A stretch of 64,000 nucleotides of DNA from Eledone cirrhosa (Eukaryota). This document shows positions 25,438 to 39,681 of this stretch, piece by piece. Positions within the stretch are counted from its first letter, which is position 1. Each line of letters opens with the position of its first letter. Made by a program: the position numbers and the translations under genes. The notes beneath the pieces were generated by a model. The model ran no database searches, was not told where the DNA came from, and was given only the letters and a program-made list of their open reading frames with translations. Where the stretch lies: NCBI GenBank assembly GCA_964016885.1, contig OZ024741.1, positions 288,796,001 to 288,860,000 of the forward strand. Direction: 5' to 3'.

Positions 25438-25916
25438 CCACATACACAAACACATTCACACACACACGCAAACAATACGCATCCCTCCGCCTTCCTCTCT
25501 CCTCCACCCCTTCTTCTCCTCGACATCGGACGTCTCCATCTATCAGATAATTCATTTTCGTCCTTGTCTTGCCGGAAGCGGACAAACAAACTGTGCAGAG
25601 GGAGAAATGTACAATCGGGCGATTTGCCACACACCACCACTCCAACTCCCTCTCTACCACTATGTTATAACCAATGTAGCATGATGTTACAATATACTCC
25701 CGCCGGCAACAATAAATAAAATTCTCAACTGTACGCTTCACTTTGTCTGTTGATATTTTTACTTCTTTCTTATTATGTTTCTTCTCTTTTTAATTCTTTC
25801 TTTATCTTCACAGCTTTTCTATGATTCTATGATTCTATGATTCTATGATTCTATGATTCAAACTATTCTTCATCGAACTTTAACTACCAGAATAATCCTC
25901 CTCTCTCTCTCTCCCC

Positions 25917-25993
<77 letters not shown>

Positions 25994-26068
25994 CTCTCTC
26001 TCTCTCTCTATCACTCTTTCTAATTTTCTCAAACCCTCACCCTACACTCTCTCTTCGTTCCCTGTATG

Positions 26069-26144
<76 letters not shown>

Positions 26145-26197
26145 TATATTTATATATATATTAATTATAAAATATATATAAATATGTTTCTTTCTCG

Positions 26198-26249
<52 letters not shown>

Positions 26250-26339
26250 ATATACACACATATATATCTATATATATATATATTAGATTTATCTACATAT
26301 ATATATATATGTATATTTTATATATATATATGTATATTT

Positions 26340-26371
<32 letters not shown>

Positions 26372-26382
26372 TATGTATATTT

Positions 26383-26414
<32 letters not shown>

Positions 26415-26462
26415 TATGTATATTTTATATATATATGTATATTTTATATATATATATATATG

Positions 26463-26505
<43 letters not shown>

Positions 26506-26928
26506 CATTGTATAACTGTATAACACATTATATTACACTACGCCTCATATACTTATTGTTTCCGTTTGTATACACTAACGTGCATTCAATCATTTGTTAT
26601 AAATACACACGGATACATACACATTCATACGCACAGCCACCCAAACAAATAAACAACCAAACACACATGTACGCGTTTATATACATATACACATATACAT
26701 ACTTACACAAAATTTCTTACGTAAAAAAATCTTGGGTGGAAAAAATTAACCACACACGCATACATCAGCTGGAATTGAACCTCGTATTTCTTAATTGCTG
26801 ACGAAGCATACTGCCGGTTACAACACAAGGATTTAACGAATTTCCTCTCTTATAATCAGGTAGAAATTATGTATGTATGTATGTTTGTATGTATGTATGT
26901 ATGTATGTTTGTATGTATGTATGTAACC

Positions 26929-27127
26929 TTCTGCCTTGACAACGGCTAAGGGGTCATCTCTCCGGTGATTTTAGATTGCCATTGACTCTTAAGAGCTCCT
27001 TTGCCCTTTGGCAGAATTCTAGGAGAAGGAAAACTCTGATATAGGAAAACTCTGAAAACTCTGAGAAGTAAAACTCTGATATAACACCTGCAACCCTGAT
27101 GGTATCCAATTATGTTGACTTCTTCTT
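26929..27127. mobile_element. RTE-5'UTR-like repeat fragment with internal inversion
   Basis: 26929-27012 is a direct copy of 35876-35960, while 27009-27127 is the reverse complement of 35805-35882. Contains CTAGGAGAAGGAAAACTCTGA, a motif I associate with RTE 5' regions. Confidence 0.65.
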
Positions 27128-27765
27128 GAAGTGAGAAAGAGAATTAGAGGAAGAATCGACCACAGTACTGGTCGTAAATTTAGACCTCGAAATGAAGAAA
27201 GACAAAATTGATTTTGGTGGGTTTGGACTCAGAACAGAAGAAGCTAAGCATTCTATCCGATGTTCTAACGACTTTGCCAATTCCACGCTTTTATACAGAA
27301 AATGCTGTTAGACTTTTTTTTCCGTGATTGTGACTGGTAACTTAACAAGCCAAGCATAGATTAGAAATAGTTACCAATAATAATTATTTAAGCCCCGTCT
27401 CTTCGATCATTTCTCACAACAGATTTCGATCGGCAACATTCCTTTCCCAGGCACAGGCTTGGGCAAGGTGTTTTGCAGAATACCAGCAGTCACCCATGCA
27501 TGCAGGTTTCCACTCTGCGCCATCGATTTGATTTTGACCACTGATAAATTTTCGCCCCATTGAATTGGTAAGCGATCTCTGAACGAAAAGTATCTAAAGA
27601 GGTACTACAATTCTACCAACCCACCATTGTGACTGCAATGCCACAGACATTGGTTGTAAAATGAATGTCTCTGTTAATGGCTAACGCATTTCTTACACTG
27701 CTAATATCAATTTAACTACGGGCATGAATCCATCAAAACATACTACCCACCATCACCTTACACAT

Positions 27766-28105
<340 letters not shown>

Positions 28106-28463
28106 AAAATATATATATATATACATACATTCATACTTACACATATACATTTATGTTTGTAGGCATTTAAAAGATACTGGCATCAGTAAATTTAATACCA
28201 CCTGATCTAAACTTATACTACGCTTTCGTCAGCCGTACACTTCATGCTAAAAGGTCAGATCTAAATTCTAACTGCCTCCATGAAGATAAGTTCATACTTT
28301 TAAAATAAAGAAAAAACTTTCAAGTCCGATTAAACTGGCGCAAACATCAGAAACCTGTGGTTCCCCATTTTGTACAAATGATTATCTCTTGTGAATGTTG
28401 TGGCATAAAGATATATACGTATTTAGGCATATATGTATGAATACATAAATATATATATATATA

Positions 28464-28643
28464 CCGTATATACCAGCGTACAAGTCGGTATTTGGAGCCT
28501 AAATATATCTTTCCAAAACCAGGGGTCGACTTGTCCACCTAATATAAAATGTGGAGGTATGTGTGCTGCTTCACCTGAACAACACCTCAGAATTTTATGG
28601 GTCGACCTATGCGCCGGATCGAAGTGTACGCCGGCATATACGA
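28464..28643. mobile_element. Tc2/pogo-type MITE
   Basis: Imperfect TIRs CCGTATATACCAGCGTACAAGTCG / CGAAGTGTACGCCGGCATATACGA, TA on both sides. Confidence 0.7.
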
Positions 28644-28675
28644 TATATATATATAGGGGGAAGCTAAGGGTGTAC

Positions 28676-28727
<52 letters not shown>

Positions 28728-28795
28728 GGAAGCTAAGGGTGTGTCTGTGTGTGTTTATGTCGGTATACACACATATATATGCATACATACATGTA

Positions 28796-28828
<33 letters not shown>

Positions 28829-28881
28829 TATTTGAATATGGCAATGCCGGCCATTAATCGCTCGTATACAGGAAACTGACT

Positions 28882-28984
28882 GGCCAGTCTGCTGATATGC
28901 AAATCTGGCTGATCAGTGGATCTGCTAATATGCAGATCTGACTAATCAGCCAGTCTGCTAATATGCAAATCAGGCCGATCAGTC
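28882..28984. repeat. 33-bp tandem repeat x3 containing ATGCA(A/G)AT
   Basis: Octamers at 28897, 28930 and 28963. Confidence 0.8.
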
Positions 28985-29046
28985 ACTGTATATTTTAGAA
29001 AATATCATATATTTTCACTAGCTCTGACAGTTGGCAGGTGAACAGT

Positions 29047-29096
29047 GAGCTGTACTGATGAAGGGTGATACCCAGAAAAATGAGTGTCTGCAGTTC
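29047..29096 (+). ncRNA. Type I hammerhead ribozyme with one stem III mismatch
   Basis: GAGCTGTA-CTGATGA-AGGGT(GAT)ACCCA-GAAAA-ATGAGT-GTC^TGCAGTTC; 8-bp stem I. Confidence 0.68.
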
Positions 29097-29198
29097 TACA
29101 CGCCAACACAAGAGCAAGAATGAGGGGTTCATTCTACAGACATGGCTTTAAAAAAGAGGCTGTTTGCATAATTGCAAACGAATCGAATATTATTATTA

Positions 29199-29380
29199 GG
29201 GCGGTGAATTGGCAGTATCGGTAGAGGGTCGGACACCATGCTCTCCAGCATAGTTACGTCCTCTTACGGTCTGAGTTCAAATCCCGCCGAGGTTAACTTT
29301 GCCTTTCATCCTTACGGGGTCGATAAAATAAAGTACCAGTACTGGGTAATTGCTGGTCTTGTGCCAAAAGTAGAAACATT
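29199..29380 (+). mobile_element. tRNA-derived SINE, short variant
   Basis: GGGCGGTGAATTGGCAGTATCGG...GAGTTCAAATCC...core...tail. Confidence 0.92.
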
Positions 29381-29649
29381 TATTAATATTCGAAAAACTC
29401 AGATTACATTTATTGTATTCAGCCATGTAGAGCGATAATTAAAACAAATTATTATTATTATTATATAGCAAACATCACGGGCGCTCTATCTCAAAATTAT
29501 TTTTGAAAAGCATTAGAAATGCGCAACCGGTAAAAACTTAAAACCAAAACTGAATACTAACCAATACTTATTACTTACTAATTTTTACTTATTCCTAATT
29601 AAACTATTTTTCACTGGGAACAATTTGTCAGCATTTTCTTTTCCTTTTA

Positions 29650-29725
<76 letters not shown>

Positions 29726-30101
29726 CGTGTCTGTGTTTGATCTGATGGTAATTTTACTCTTAAATTAGGAACACGTTCTGTTTCGTGTATATTTATCTCT
29801 TTGTAATATAGGCAAAATGGGGTGAAAAAATAAAATAAGAAAAAAATATCCTTATTTGTGGACGACCGGACAGGCAAAAGAGAAATTAAAAAAAAGTTTA
29901 ATGAGTTAGTGAAAATTACAAACATTTCTTCACAATAATAAATAAGAAAATATAAAAAAGATGTAATAAATAGCAAAAGAGAAGTTGTGTTAAATGTGGG
30001 ATGTGAATTATATTTTTAATTGAAACATTGAAATGTAATTAAGTCGTATTTTAATCAGACGGAACATGGCTGTTAAAGATATATAAGGTTATTAGTAGGT
30101 A

Positions 30102-30145
<44 letters not shown>

Positions 30146-30255
30146 TGTGTGTGTGCGTGTGAGAGAGAGAGAGAAAGAGAGATAGAGAAGGAGACAATAC
30201 GTGTATATATATATATATGTAAGTATATATATGTATATATATACAAATATGTAAG

Positions 30256-30377
<122 letters not shown>

Positions 30378-30879
30378 GCATGTGCATGTATACACCCAGA
30401 CTGAACGGGATAGCTATGTATATGAGAGACAAGGGGGGAGAAAACGAGCGCGAGAAAGAGAGAAAAGAGAGAGAGAGAGATAGAGAGAGAGAGGGGGGGA
30501 GAGTGTGTGTGTGTGTGTGTGAGAAAGCAGAGTGATTAAGAGTGAATGAGTGGGGGGGGGGGGGGGTAGCGAGATTTGGGAGTAAGATAGATAGGGAGAG
30601 AAAACGAAGGAGAGGATTGTGGGAATGATGGGGGAGGCAGGGTAGAAAATATGTTGACATCCGGGTAAATGTGGAATTGAATGTAATAAAATGTAACTCT
30701 GTTATCTCCCCCTCCCCCACCCCTGTCCTTCTTTTATTGATATGACTTTCGCTGTTGTTTCATTTTTGTATTCATTTTAATATATTTTACCTTTTTTCCG
30801 GGGGTTGGGGTCGGCGTGGGGGTGGTAGATTGTTCGTATTTTTTCTTTCTTTCTTGTTTGTTAATTTTCTTTGAATTTT

Positions 30880-31735
30880 CTTGTTGTTGTTGTTGTTGTG
30901 TTGTTGGTGCCAGTGGTGGTGGTGGCAGTGGTAGTTGCGGTGGTGGTTGCGGTGGTAGTAGTTGATGTCAAAAGGGTGAGGGTGATTGGGGTGGTAGAGC
31001 TGGTGCTAGAGATGGTGGTGGTGGTGGTGGTGGTGGAGGTGGGGTGGGGTTGGAGGGGTGGGGTGGGGTGTAGAGGTGGTTGTGGAAGTGGTGGTGGTGG
31101 TAGTTGTAGAGGTGGTTGTAGAGGTGGTGGTGTTGGTGGTGGTTGTTGGGGTGGTTGTAGAGGTGTTGGTGGTGTTGGTAGTGGTGGTATGGTGGTGGTG
31201 GTGGTTGTAGAGGTGGTGTTTGTGGTGGTAGTGGTTGTAATGGTGGTTGAAGAGATGGTGTTGGAGGTGGTGATGTTGGTGGTGTTGGTGGTGGTGGTGG
31301 TGTTGGTGGTGGTGGTATGTGGTGGAGGTGGTTGTGGTGGTGCTGGTGGCGGTGATAGTTATGGTGGTGTTGAAGGTGATACGGGTGGTAGAGCTGGTAC
31401 TAGAGATTGTAATAGAGGTAGTTGTAATTGTAGTGGTAGTAGTGGTGGTAGTAGTGGTGGTAGTAGTGGTTGCGGTGGTGGTGGTTGTAGCGGTGGCGGC
31501 GGTAGTTGCGGTGCTAGTAGTGGACATAAGGGTGGTGAGGGTGATATAGGTGGTAGAGCTGGTACTAGAGATTGTGGTAGAGGTAGTTGTAATTCTAGTG
31601 TTAGTAGTGATGGTGGCAGAGGTATGGGTTATAGAAGTGGTAGTGATAATGTAGGTGGTTGGATTAGTGTATATGTTGGTGTTAGCGGTATTATTAGCCA
31701 TGGTAGTGGTGGTGATGGTGATAGTAGTAGTAGTA

Positions 31736-31771
<36 letters not shown>

Positions 31772-31822
31772 TTAGTAGTGGTAGTAGTAGTAGTAGTAGT
31801 CGTCGTCGTCGTCGTCGTCGTC

Positions 31823-31859
<37 letters not shown>

Positions 31860-31880
31860 CAGTTGTAGTAAAAGTAGTGA
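30880..31880. repeat. (GGT/AGT)-rich low-complexity tract
   Basis: Direct. Confidence 0.9.
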
Positions 31881-32692
31881 TGTTTAATTTTATGATATTT
31901 CATTTACATTGGCTCCCGTGTGTGTGTATGTGTGTGTATGTGTGTGTATGTGTGTATGTGTTTGTGTATGTGCGTGCGTGTGTATGTGTTTGTGTGTGTT
32001 TGTGTGTGTTTATGTGTGTGTGTGTTTCTGCAAGAATCTTCCACACTCCACGTTCTTTTTACAAATTTTATCTTTTCTTCCCTCTCCCTGCCTCCCCCTT
32101 CACCTCCTCACCCCCATTCTCATCTTCCACCTCCTCCACATCCCCCCTCCTCCCCCCTCCCCCACACCCGCATCACCATCATCATTACCGCCATCACCAT
32201 CACCATCATCACTATCATCATCATTACCGCCATCACCATCATCATCATTATCATCACCATCATCATCATCATCACCATCATCATTATCATCTTTATTGTC
32301 GTCGTCGTCGTCGTCGTCATTACCGACACCACCACCACCATTGCCACTACCATGACTATCATCATCTTTACCATCATCATCATCATCATTATCATCATCA
32401 TCGTCCTCATCATTCTCTCCCATCTTTTATTTCTACTCCTCTTTGGAAACCCTCTCAGGTAGTGGTAGTGGGTTTCCAAAGAGGAGTAGACCACCGTCAC
32501 CATCACTAGCAACACCACCACCACCGTCACCATCACTAGCAACACCACCACCACCGTCACCATCACTAGCAACACCACCACCATCGTCACAACCACTCAT
32601 TCAAAAAGGGGAAAAAAAAACAAAAAAAAAACAATAGATTCTTCTCGCATAAACACACCCTGCTCTGCCACCGGTACCTCTCCTCTCCGAAC

Positions 32693-33085
32693 AACCTCAC
32701 CACTACCTTCCCCTACCTCACTACCACTACCTTTCCCTACCACCACCACTACCTTCCCCTACCGCCACCACTACCTTCCCCTACCTCACTACCACTACCT
32801 TCCCCTACCACCACCACTACCTTCCCCTACCTCACTACCACTACCTTCCCTACCACCACCACTACCTTCCCCTACCACCACCACTACCTTCCCTACCACC
32901 ACCACTACCTTCCCCTACCGCCACCACTACCTTCCCCTACCTCACTACCACCACTACCTTCCCCTACCTCACTACCACTACCTTCCCCTACCCCCACCAC
33001 TACCTTCCCCTACCTCACTACCCCTACCTTTCCCTACCACCACCACTACATTCCCCTACCATCACTACCACTAGCTTTCCCCCAC
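32693..33085. repeat. ~21-23-bp minisatellite (ccactaccttcccctac...)
   Basis: More than 15 visible units. Confidence 0.92.
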
Positions 33086-33191
33086 CCTCGCCATTGGTGA
33101 TCAGTGTCCATGTTTGTCGGTCTTGCCTCAGCTCGGCTACAAGATTGATTCTTCACTTAATTAGCTTCTAATTAAATTTCATTACCGAATG

Positions 33192-33235
<44 letters not shown>

Positions 33236-33419
33236 AACAATAACGACAACGACAACGGCAACGGCTACCGACAGCGCCACCATCGCAGCACTAGCTTAGT
33301 TTTACATCATCGTTACCACCATCGTTGCCTGCCCCAACCAGCATCACCTACAACTACACCACCACAAGAATTATCCCCAACACCACCACAAATGATACAA
33401 CCAGCACCACTACCACTAC

Positions 33420-34800
33420 CACCATCCCCACCACCATCAACAGCACCACCGTCACCATCACTAGCAACACCACCACCACCATCACCATCACTAGCAACAC
33501 CACCACCATCGTCATCATCACGAGCAACACCACCACCACCATCCTCACCACCATCAACAGCACCACCGTCACCATCACTAGCAACACCACCACCGTCACC
33601 ATCATTAGCAACAGCACCACCGTCACCATCACTAGCAACACCACCACCGTCACCATCACTAGCAACGCCACCACCGTCACCATCACTAGCAACACCACCA
33701 CCACCGTCACCATCACTAGCAACACCACCACCATCGTCACCATCACGAGCAACACCACCACCACCATCCCCACCACCATCAACAGCACCACCGTCACCAT
33801 CATTAGCAACAGCACCACCGTCACCATCACTAGCAACACCACCACCACCGTCACCATCACTAGCAACACCACCACCACCGTCACCATCACTAGCAACACC
33901 ACCACCACCGTCACCATCACTAGCAACACCACCACCGTCACCATCACTAGCAACACCACCACCACCGTCACCATCACTTGCAACACCACCACCGTCACCA
34001 TCACTAGCAACACCACCACCACCGTCACCATCACTAGCAACACCACCACCACCGTCACCATCACTAGCAACACCACCACCACCGTCACCATCACTAGCAA
34101 CACCACCACCGTCACCATCACTAGCAACACCACCACCACCGTCACCATCACTAGCAACACCACCACCGTCACCATCACTAGCAACACCACCACCACCGTC
34201 ACCATCACTAGCAACGCCACCACCGTCACCATCACTAGCAACGCCACCACCGTCACCATCACTAGCAACACCACCACCACCGTCACCATCACTAGCAACA
34301 CCACCACCGTCACCATCACTAGCAACACCACCACCACCGTCACCATCACTAGCAACGCCACCACCGTCACCATCACTAGCAACGCCACCACCGTCACCAT
34401 CACTAGCAACACCACCACCACCGTCACCATCACTAGCAACACCACCACCGTCACCATCACTAGCAACACCACCACCACCGTCACCATCACTAGCAACGCC
34501 ACCACCGTCACCATCACTAGCAACGCCACCACCGTCACCATCACTAGCAACACCACCACCACCGTCACCATCACTAGCAACACCACCACCGTCACCATCA
34601 CTAGCAACAGCACCACCGTCACCATCACTAGCAACAGCACCACCGTCACCATCACTAGCAACACCACCACCGTCACCATCACTAGCAACACCACCACCGT
34701 CACCATCACTAGCAACACCACCACCATCACCATCACTAGCAACACCACCACCATCACCATCACTAGCAACACCACCACCACCGTCACCACCACCACGATC
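33420..34800. repeat. 27/30-bp minisatellite (accgtcaccatcactagcaacaccacc[acc])
   Basis: Highly homogeneous array; three further units at 32491-32590. Confidence 0.95.
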
Positions 34801-35369
34801 ACCACCAACGCAACCACCCCTTCCTTCTCCTCTACCACCAGCATTTTAGCTACCAGCATGAATACCACCACCACCACCACTACCACGACCACCACCACTA
34901 CCACCAGCACAACAACCAGCACTACTACTACTACTACCACAACAACTGTAACAGTAACATGAACAACAAGAACAACATAAAAAATAAACAATGGCACCAA
35001 TAATGTTAATAATAATGAATCAAGTAATAAATCAAACAATAGTGTTGGTGGTGGTGGTAATGGTGGTGGTGGTATTGGTGGTGGTGGTGGTGGTGGTATT
35101 GGTGGTGGTATTGGTGGTGGTGGTATTGGTGGTGGTGGTGGTGGTGGTATTGGTGGTGGTGGTGGGAGAGGGGGAGTAGAAGAATAGTAAGAGAGAGAGA
35201 GAGACAAAGAGAAGTTTCAAGAGATCGGAGTAAATGGGGAGGTTGGGGAAAAAGGTGAATAAAAGATACAAGTTTGGTAAAGAATATCTGGATAAGAGAG
35301 TGGGGAGGTATTATACACACACACACACACACACATATATATGTGTGTGTATTTGTATATATATATATA

Positions 35370-35447
<78 letters not shown>

Positions 35448-35448
35448 G

Positions 35449-35501
<53 letters not shown>

Positions 35502-35504
<3 letters not shown>

Positions 35505-36080
35505 TGGCTGCCAACTCGTTTTCGAGTACGGCCACTACTTTATATCCATGTAGGAGAACCCCTACCGATGCGCTGAACGAGTGTGACTTTTTAGTCCAGC
35601 CAGCGACTTGAAAACTCTGGTACAAACACTACACCTGTGACAATTATTGACACACAGTGCTGGGCCCATGGTAACATGTGATGACAAGTGCAGAGAGATC
35701 TCCAGATATAAAGCAATGCCTGTGCCGTGAAGCTTTTATAGTGAGCAAAGGCATTGCACAAAGCCAGTCCCACTCTCTTAACCAAGATGATATTTACCAA
35801 AAAGAAGAACAAGTCAACATCATTGGATACCATCAGGGTTGCAGGTGTTATATCAGAGTTTTCCTTCTCCTAGAATTCTGCCTTGACAAAGGCTAAGGGG
35901 TCATCTCTCCCGGTGATTTTGGAAGGCCATTGACTCTTAAGAGCTCCTTTGCCCTTTGACAGGTTTTGTTTTTAGTCCTGCAGGATGTCCAAAGTCACCC
36001 TCCTCACCAGGAAACCTTGGTGGGGTTGCCAGTTTAGTCGCCAACGACCCGACCATGAGACAGGTTGTACTGGGATACAT

Positions 36081-36084
<4 letters not shown>
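35502..36084 (-). mobile_element. Non-autonomous RTE-related repeat in (TA)n
   Basis: Bounded by (TA)n; shares ~200 bp with 26929-27127 including the AGGAGAAGGAAAACTCTGA motif. Family assignment is from memory. Confidence 0.55.
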
Positions 36085-36134
<50 letters not shown>

Positions 36135-36301
36135 CACATATATATATATGTGTGTGTCTGTGTATATATATATATACATATATAGGCACAGACATATACA
36201 CAGCAGACACTTACACCCACACACCCACCCACACACACATATATATATATATATAATTCAATATATTAATAAATGGAAACTATATTTATAAAACCATAAT
36301 T

Positions 36302-36365
36302 ATCTTATTATATATATTTCAAGGGCAACCAAGGCAAATTATGGTGCGTTTTCATCAGATAAAAT
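36302..36365 (-). ncRNA. Type I hammerhead ribozyme (inverted copy)
   Basis: ATTTTAT-CTGATGA-...-GAAAT-ATAT-ATA^ATAAGAT. Confidence 0.68.
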
Positions 36366-36510
36366 ACAGATTTGTTTTATAAATAAATATTGACATACCC
36401 GGAAAAAAGACAACCTGAACGGTTGAAGCTTCCTGGATAGTCAATATTTATTTCCGGGTATGTCAATATATTTCCGGGTATGTCAATATTTATTTATAAA
36501 ATAAATCTAT

Positions 36511-36574
36511 ATTTTATCTGATGAAAGCGCATCATAATTTGCCTTGGTTGCCCTTGAAATATATATAATAAAAT
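36511..36574 (+). ncRNA. Type I hammerhead ribozyme (AUA triplet family)
   Basis: ATTTTAT-CTGATGA-AAGCGCA...TGCCCTT-GAAAT-ATAT-ATA^ATAAAAT; perfect 7-bp stem I. Confidence 0.75.
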
Positions 36575-36706
36575 AATTATGGTTTTATAAATATAGTTTC
36601 CATTTATTCATATATTGAATATTTACTCCAATAAACTGTTGAGTGCTTTATATCAGTTATAAAAACTTTTAAGCTTGTTGAATCCCAACAAATTAAATAT
36701 AACCTC

Positions 36707-36813
<107 letters not shown>

Positions 36814-37229
36814 TAATAATAATAAATTTGAAGACTAAAATCCAAAGAGGGTTCGATAGGGGTAAATATATATCAAATATATAAGAACCCTAGAGCAAAT
36901 ATGTATTAAAATAACAGATTAAAGTTTAAGTAAAGAATCGCTGCTTTCACCCTTAACGGGATCTTCTGAAACTAAAAAAATCCATCTGTGAACGCAGAAG
37001 TAAATATTTCGAAAAAACGTTGCAACCGGAGGAAAACAGGAAGACGATATTTTGGATCGTGAAGACGTTCCCTGGCAATGAACGGAAAAAAGCGAAGATA
37101 ATACGTCTTTATGTGGAGCGTTGAGAACAATTACACGCAAAGACAAAACCACGTTTATGGTATAAATGGAGTCATTAGACTAATATTCTATTTAGGAATC
37201 CGAATGATTCTCGTCTTCGGAGTTAAAAA

Positions 37230-37417
37230 TAATTGTTTCTACTTTTGGTACAAGGCCAGCAATTACACAGTACATTACTGGTACTTTATTTTATCGACCC
37301 CGTAAGGGTGAAAGGCAAAGTTAACCTCGGCGGGATTTGAACTCAGAATGGTACGGGCTGTAACTCTATGCGTCAACGCACGGCGTCCGACCCTCTACCG
37401 ATACTGCCAATCCACCG
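37230..37417 (-). mobile_element. tRNA-derived SINE between the inverted arms
   Basis: Homologous to the other copies. Confidence 0.9.
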
Positions 37418-37830
37418 AATTAGTAGAACGAAAATGACTGAAGTAATTAAAATCATAAAAGTAATAATAATTAAAATACGTGCACACATCTATATACGTA
37501 CATACACGTGCATACGCGAAGACACGCCATGCCTGCATATACATGCACGTAAACATAAACACGCGCACTCGTACGTAAACCCTCGTGACACATGTACCCG
37601 CACACATACGAACGTATACACCATATACACATATGAAAATATATGTGTGTTGCGCGGGTTTACGTACATGTGCGCGGTTTGTCTTTGCGTGTATTTGTTC
37701 TCTCGCACCACATAACGACGTATTTCCTTCGCTTTTTTCCGCTCACGAACCAAAATATCGTCTTCCTGTTTTCCTTCGGTTGCAACGTTTTTCGAAATAT
37801 TTACTTCTGCGTCCACAGATTGATTTTTTT

Positions 37831-37881
37831 AGTTTCAGAAGATCCCGTTAAGGGTGAAAGCAGCGATTTTTTGCTTAAACT
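37831..37881 (+). ncRNA. Candidate hammerhead ribozyme with CAGAAGA core
   Basis: AGTTT-CAGAAGA-TCCC(GTTAA)GGGT-GAAAGCA-loop-TGCTT^AAACT, plus distal CAGATTGA/TTAATCTG helix. Related copies at 36923-36973(-), 48150-48200(-) and 55458-55508(+). Confidence 0.65.
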
Positions 37882-37921
37882 TTAATCTGTTATTTTAATA
37901 TATATATATATATATATATAT

Positions 37922-38054
<133 letters not shown>

Positions 38055-38058
38055 ATGG

Positions 38059-38105
<47 letters not shown>

Positions 38106-38718
38106 TACACACATAATAGGTGTACACACGCGCACACACTTTTCAACCATCCTCTTACGTCATCACCTATATAACTCACCCACACACACACCCCAAACAA
38201 ATTTTTTTCTCCACACGCCACCCACACCCACAACACGCTTTAACCCCACACACACGTGCTTCCCACCACATATTTACACCCTCAGCCTCCTGATTCCTCT
38301 CCCCCCACCCACCCTATCCACACACGCACAGACACTCCGACCCACAAAAACACCCCCCACACACACCTCTTCCTGAACATGCAACCCCGTTCTTCCCCCA
38401 ACCCTTACTTTCACATATACACACACACACACACACACGCACACCTACACACACACACCACCTTCAGCCCTCCCCGCTCGGACACCCCGTCTCCCTCTCC
38501 CCACTCCACCCGCCACCACCCCTACTCACCCCACACCCTTCCACCACCTGTTTACCCCCCTTTTAATTTCAGTTTATTTTGATCATGCCTTTATTTTTAA
38601 ATTTTCTCATTCCTTGTATTTTGATCATGCTTTATTTTTATATTTTTTATCTTTTTTCGCTATATGTCTCTCCACCACTCCCCTACACACCTTTTGAACT
38701 CTGTTCCCACACACTTCT

Positions 38719-38752
38719 CACCTGAGGAAGGGCTTATGCCCGAAACGTCGTC
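38719..38752 (+). ncRNA. Minimal hammerhead core in a Penelope-like 3' end, weak stem I
   Basis: CTGAGGA-AGGGC(TTAT)GCCC-GAAACGTC, followed by AATAAA and a terminus at (TA)n near 38845. Stem I is only 2 bp. Confidence 0.5.
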
Positions 38753-38841
38753 CCCCACCTACCCCCACTCTCCTGAGCGTGAAATTAATAAACATTTATT
38801 GTACTGCCTCTCTGTTTTGTCCCTGTTCAAAAAATTTTTTC

Positions 38842-38916
<75 letters not shown>

Positions 38917-38967
38917 TAATTTGGGTCATATTGCCAATAAAAAAACACGTACCATATATGTTTTATA

Positions 38968-39160
38968 GGTGAATTGGCAGTGTCGGTAGAGGGTCGGACG
39001 CCATGCTTTGCAGCATAGAGTTACGCCCCTTTACGGTCTGAGTTCAAATCCCGTCAAGGTTAACTTTGCCTTTCATCTTCACGAGGTCGATAAAATAAAG
39101 AACCAGTAATGTACTGGGATAATTGCTGGCCTTGTGTCAAAAGTAGAAACAATTATTATT
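38968..39160 (+). mobile_element. tRNA-derived SINE, short variant
   Basis: A and B boxes, core, (TTA)n tail. Confidence 0.92.
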
Positions 39161-39681
39161 AGTCAGGTAAGGGCGCTTGATTGACTGAGGCGATAGAGCA
39201 TCGGATAAATGTATAGCAGTATATGCGCAGGCTCTTTACGTTCTACGTACAAATTCCATCGAGGTCAACTTTGTCTCTCCCTCTTCATCTTTCTCAGCCG
39301 TTTTACAATTTCTATTTGATGACAACTTTAATATGCAAGGGAAAGTTTGTACATTGCTACAGATACTTCATGTCATAATTTTTATTGAAAAATAATATTG
39401 ATTATCATAATTAATTCCATCATTAGAACGAATTTTGATTAGAAATGTTGGTATAATTTATCTTTAATTTACGTTTTACTATATTTTGGAGACGTTTCTA
39501 TATACATGATAAAGATGCCTATCCTCTATCAATGTGTTGAGTACCTTTTGTAATTGTGGTTACTCCCTAATACGTGAGACGGGGGGCTCCTATGAAGAGA
39601 CAGTCCGCACCGCTCGTTACTTCTTTTATCAGAATTTAAAACCTAGCATAGCATTTATATGTTCATTAATTATTTTCCAAG

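Larger units (their letters stand above)
36815..37900. mobile_element. (TA)n-flanked element with ~240-bp inverted arms, CAGAAGA hammerhead family
   Basis: 36905-37150 pairs with 37672-37899; further copies at 48131-48372 and 55298-55526. Confidence 0.78.

Noticed and set aside
26770-26830. Minus-strand tRNA-like segment (GGTTCAATTCC)
   Set aside because: Degenerate, with stems not recoverable; probably an old SINE head.
29199-29290. tRNA gene-like A/B boxes
   Set aside because: SINE heads: wide box spacing, always followed by the SINE core and tail, no full cloverleaf.
32693-34800. CRISPR-like regular repeats
   Set aside because: No unique spacers, no cas genes, eukaryotic context.
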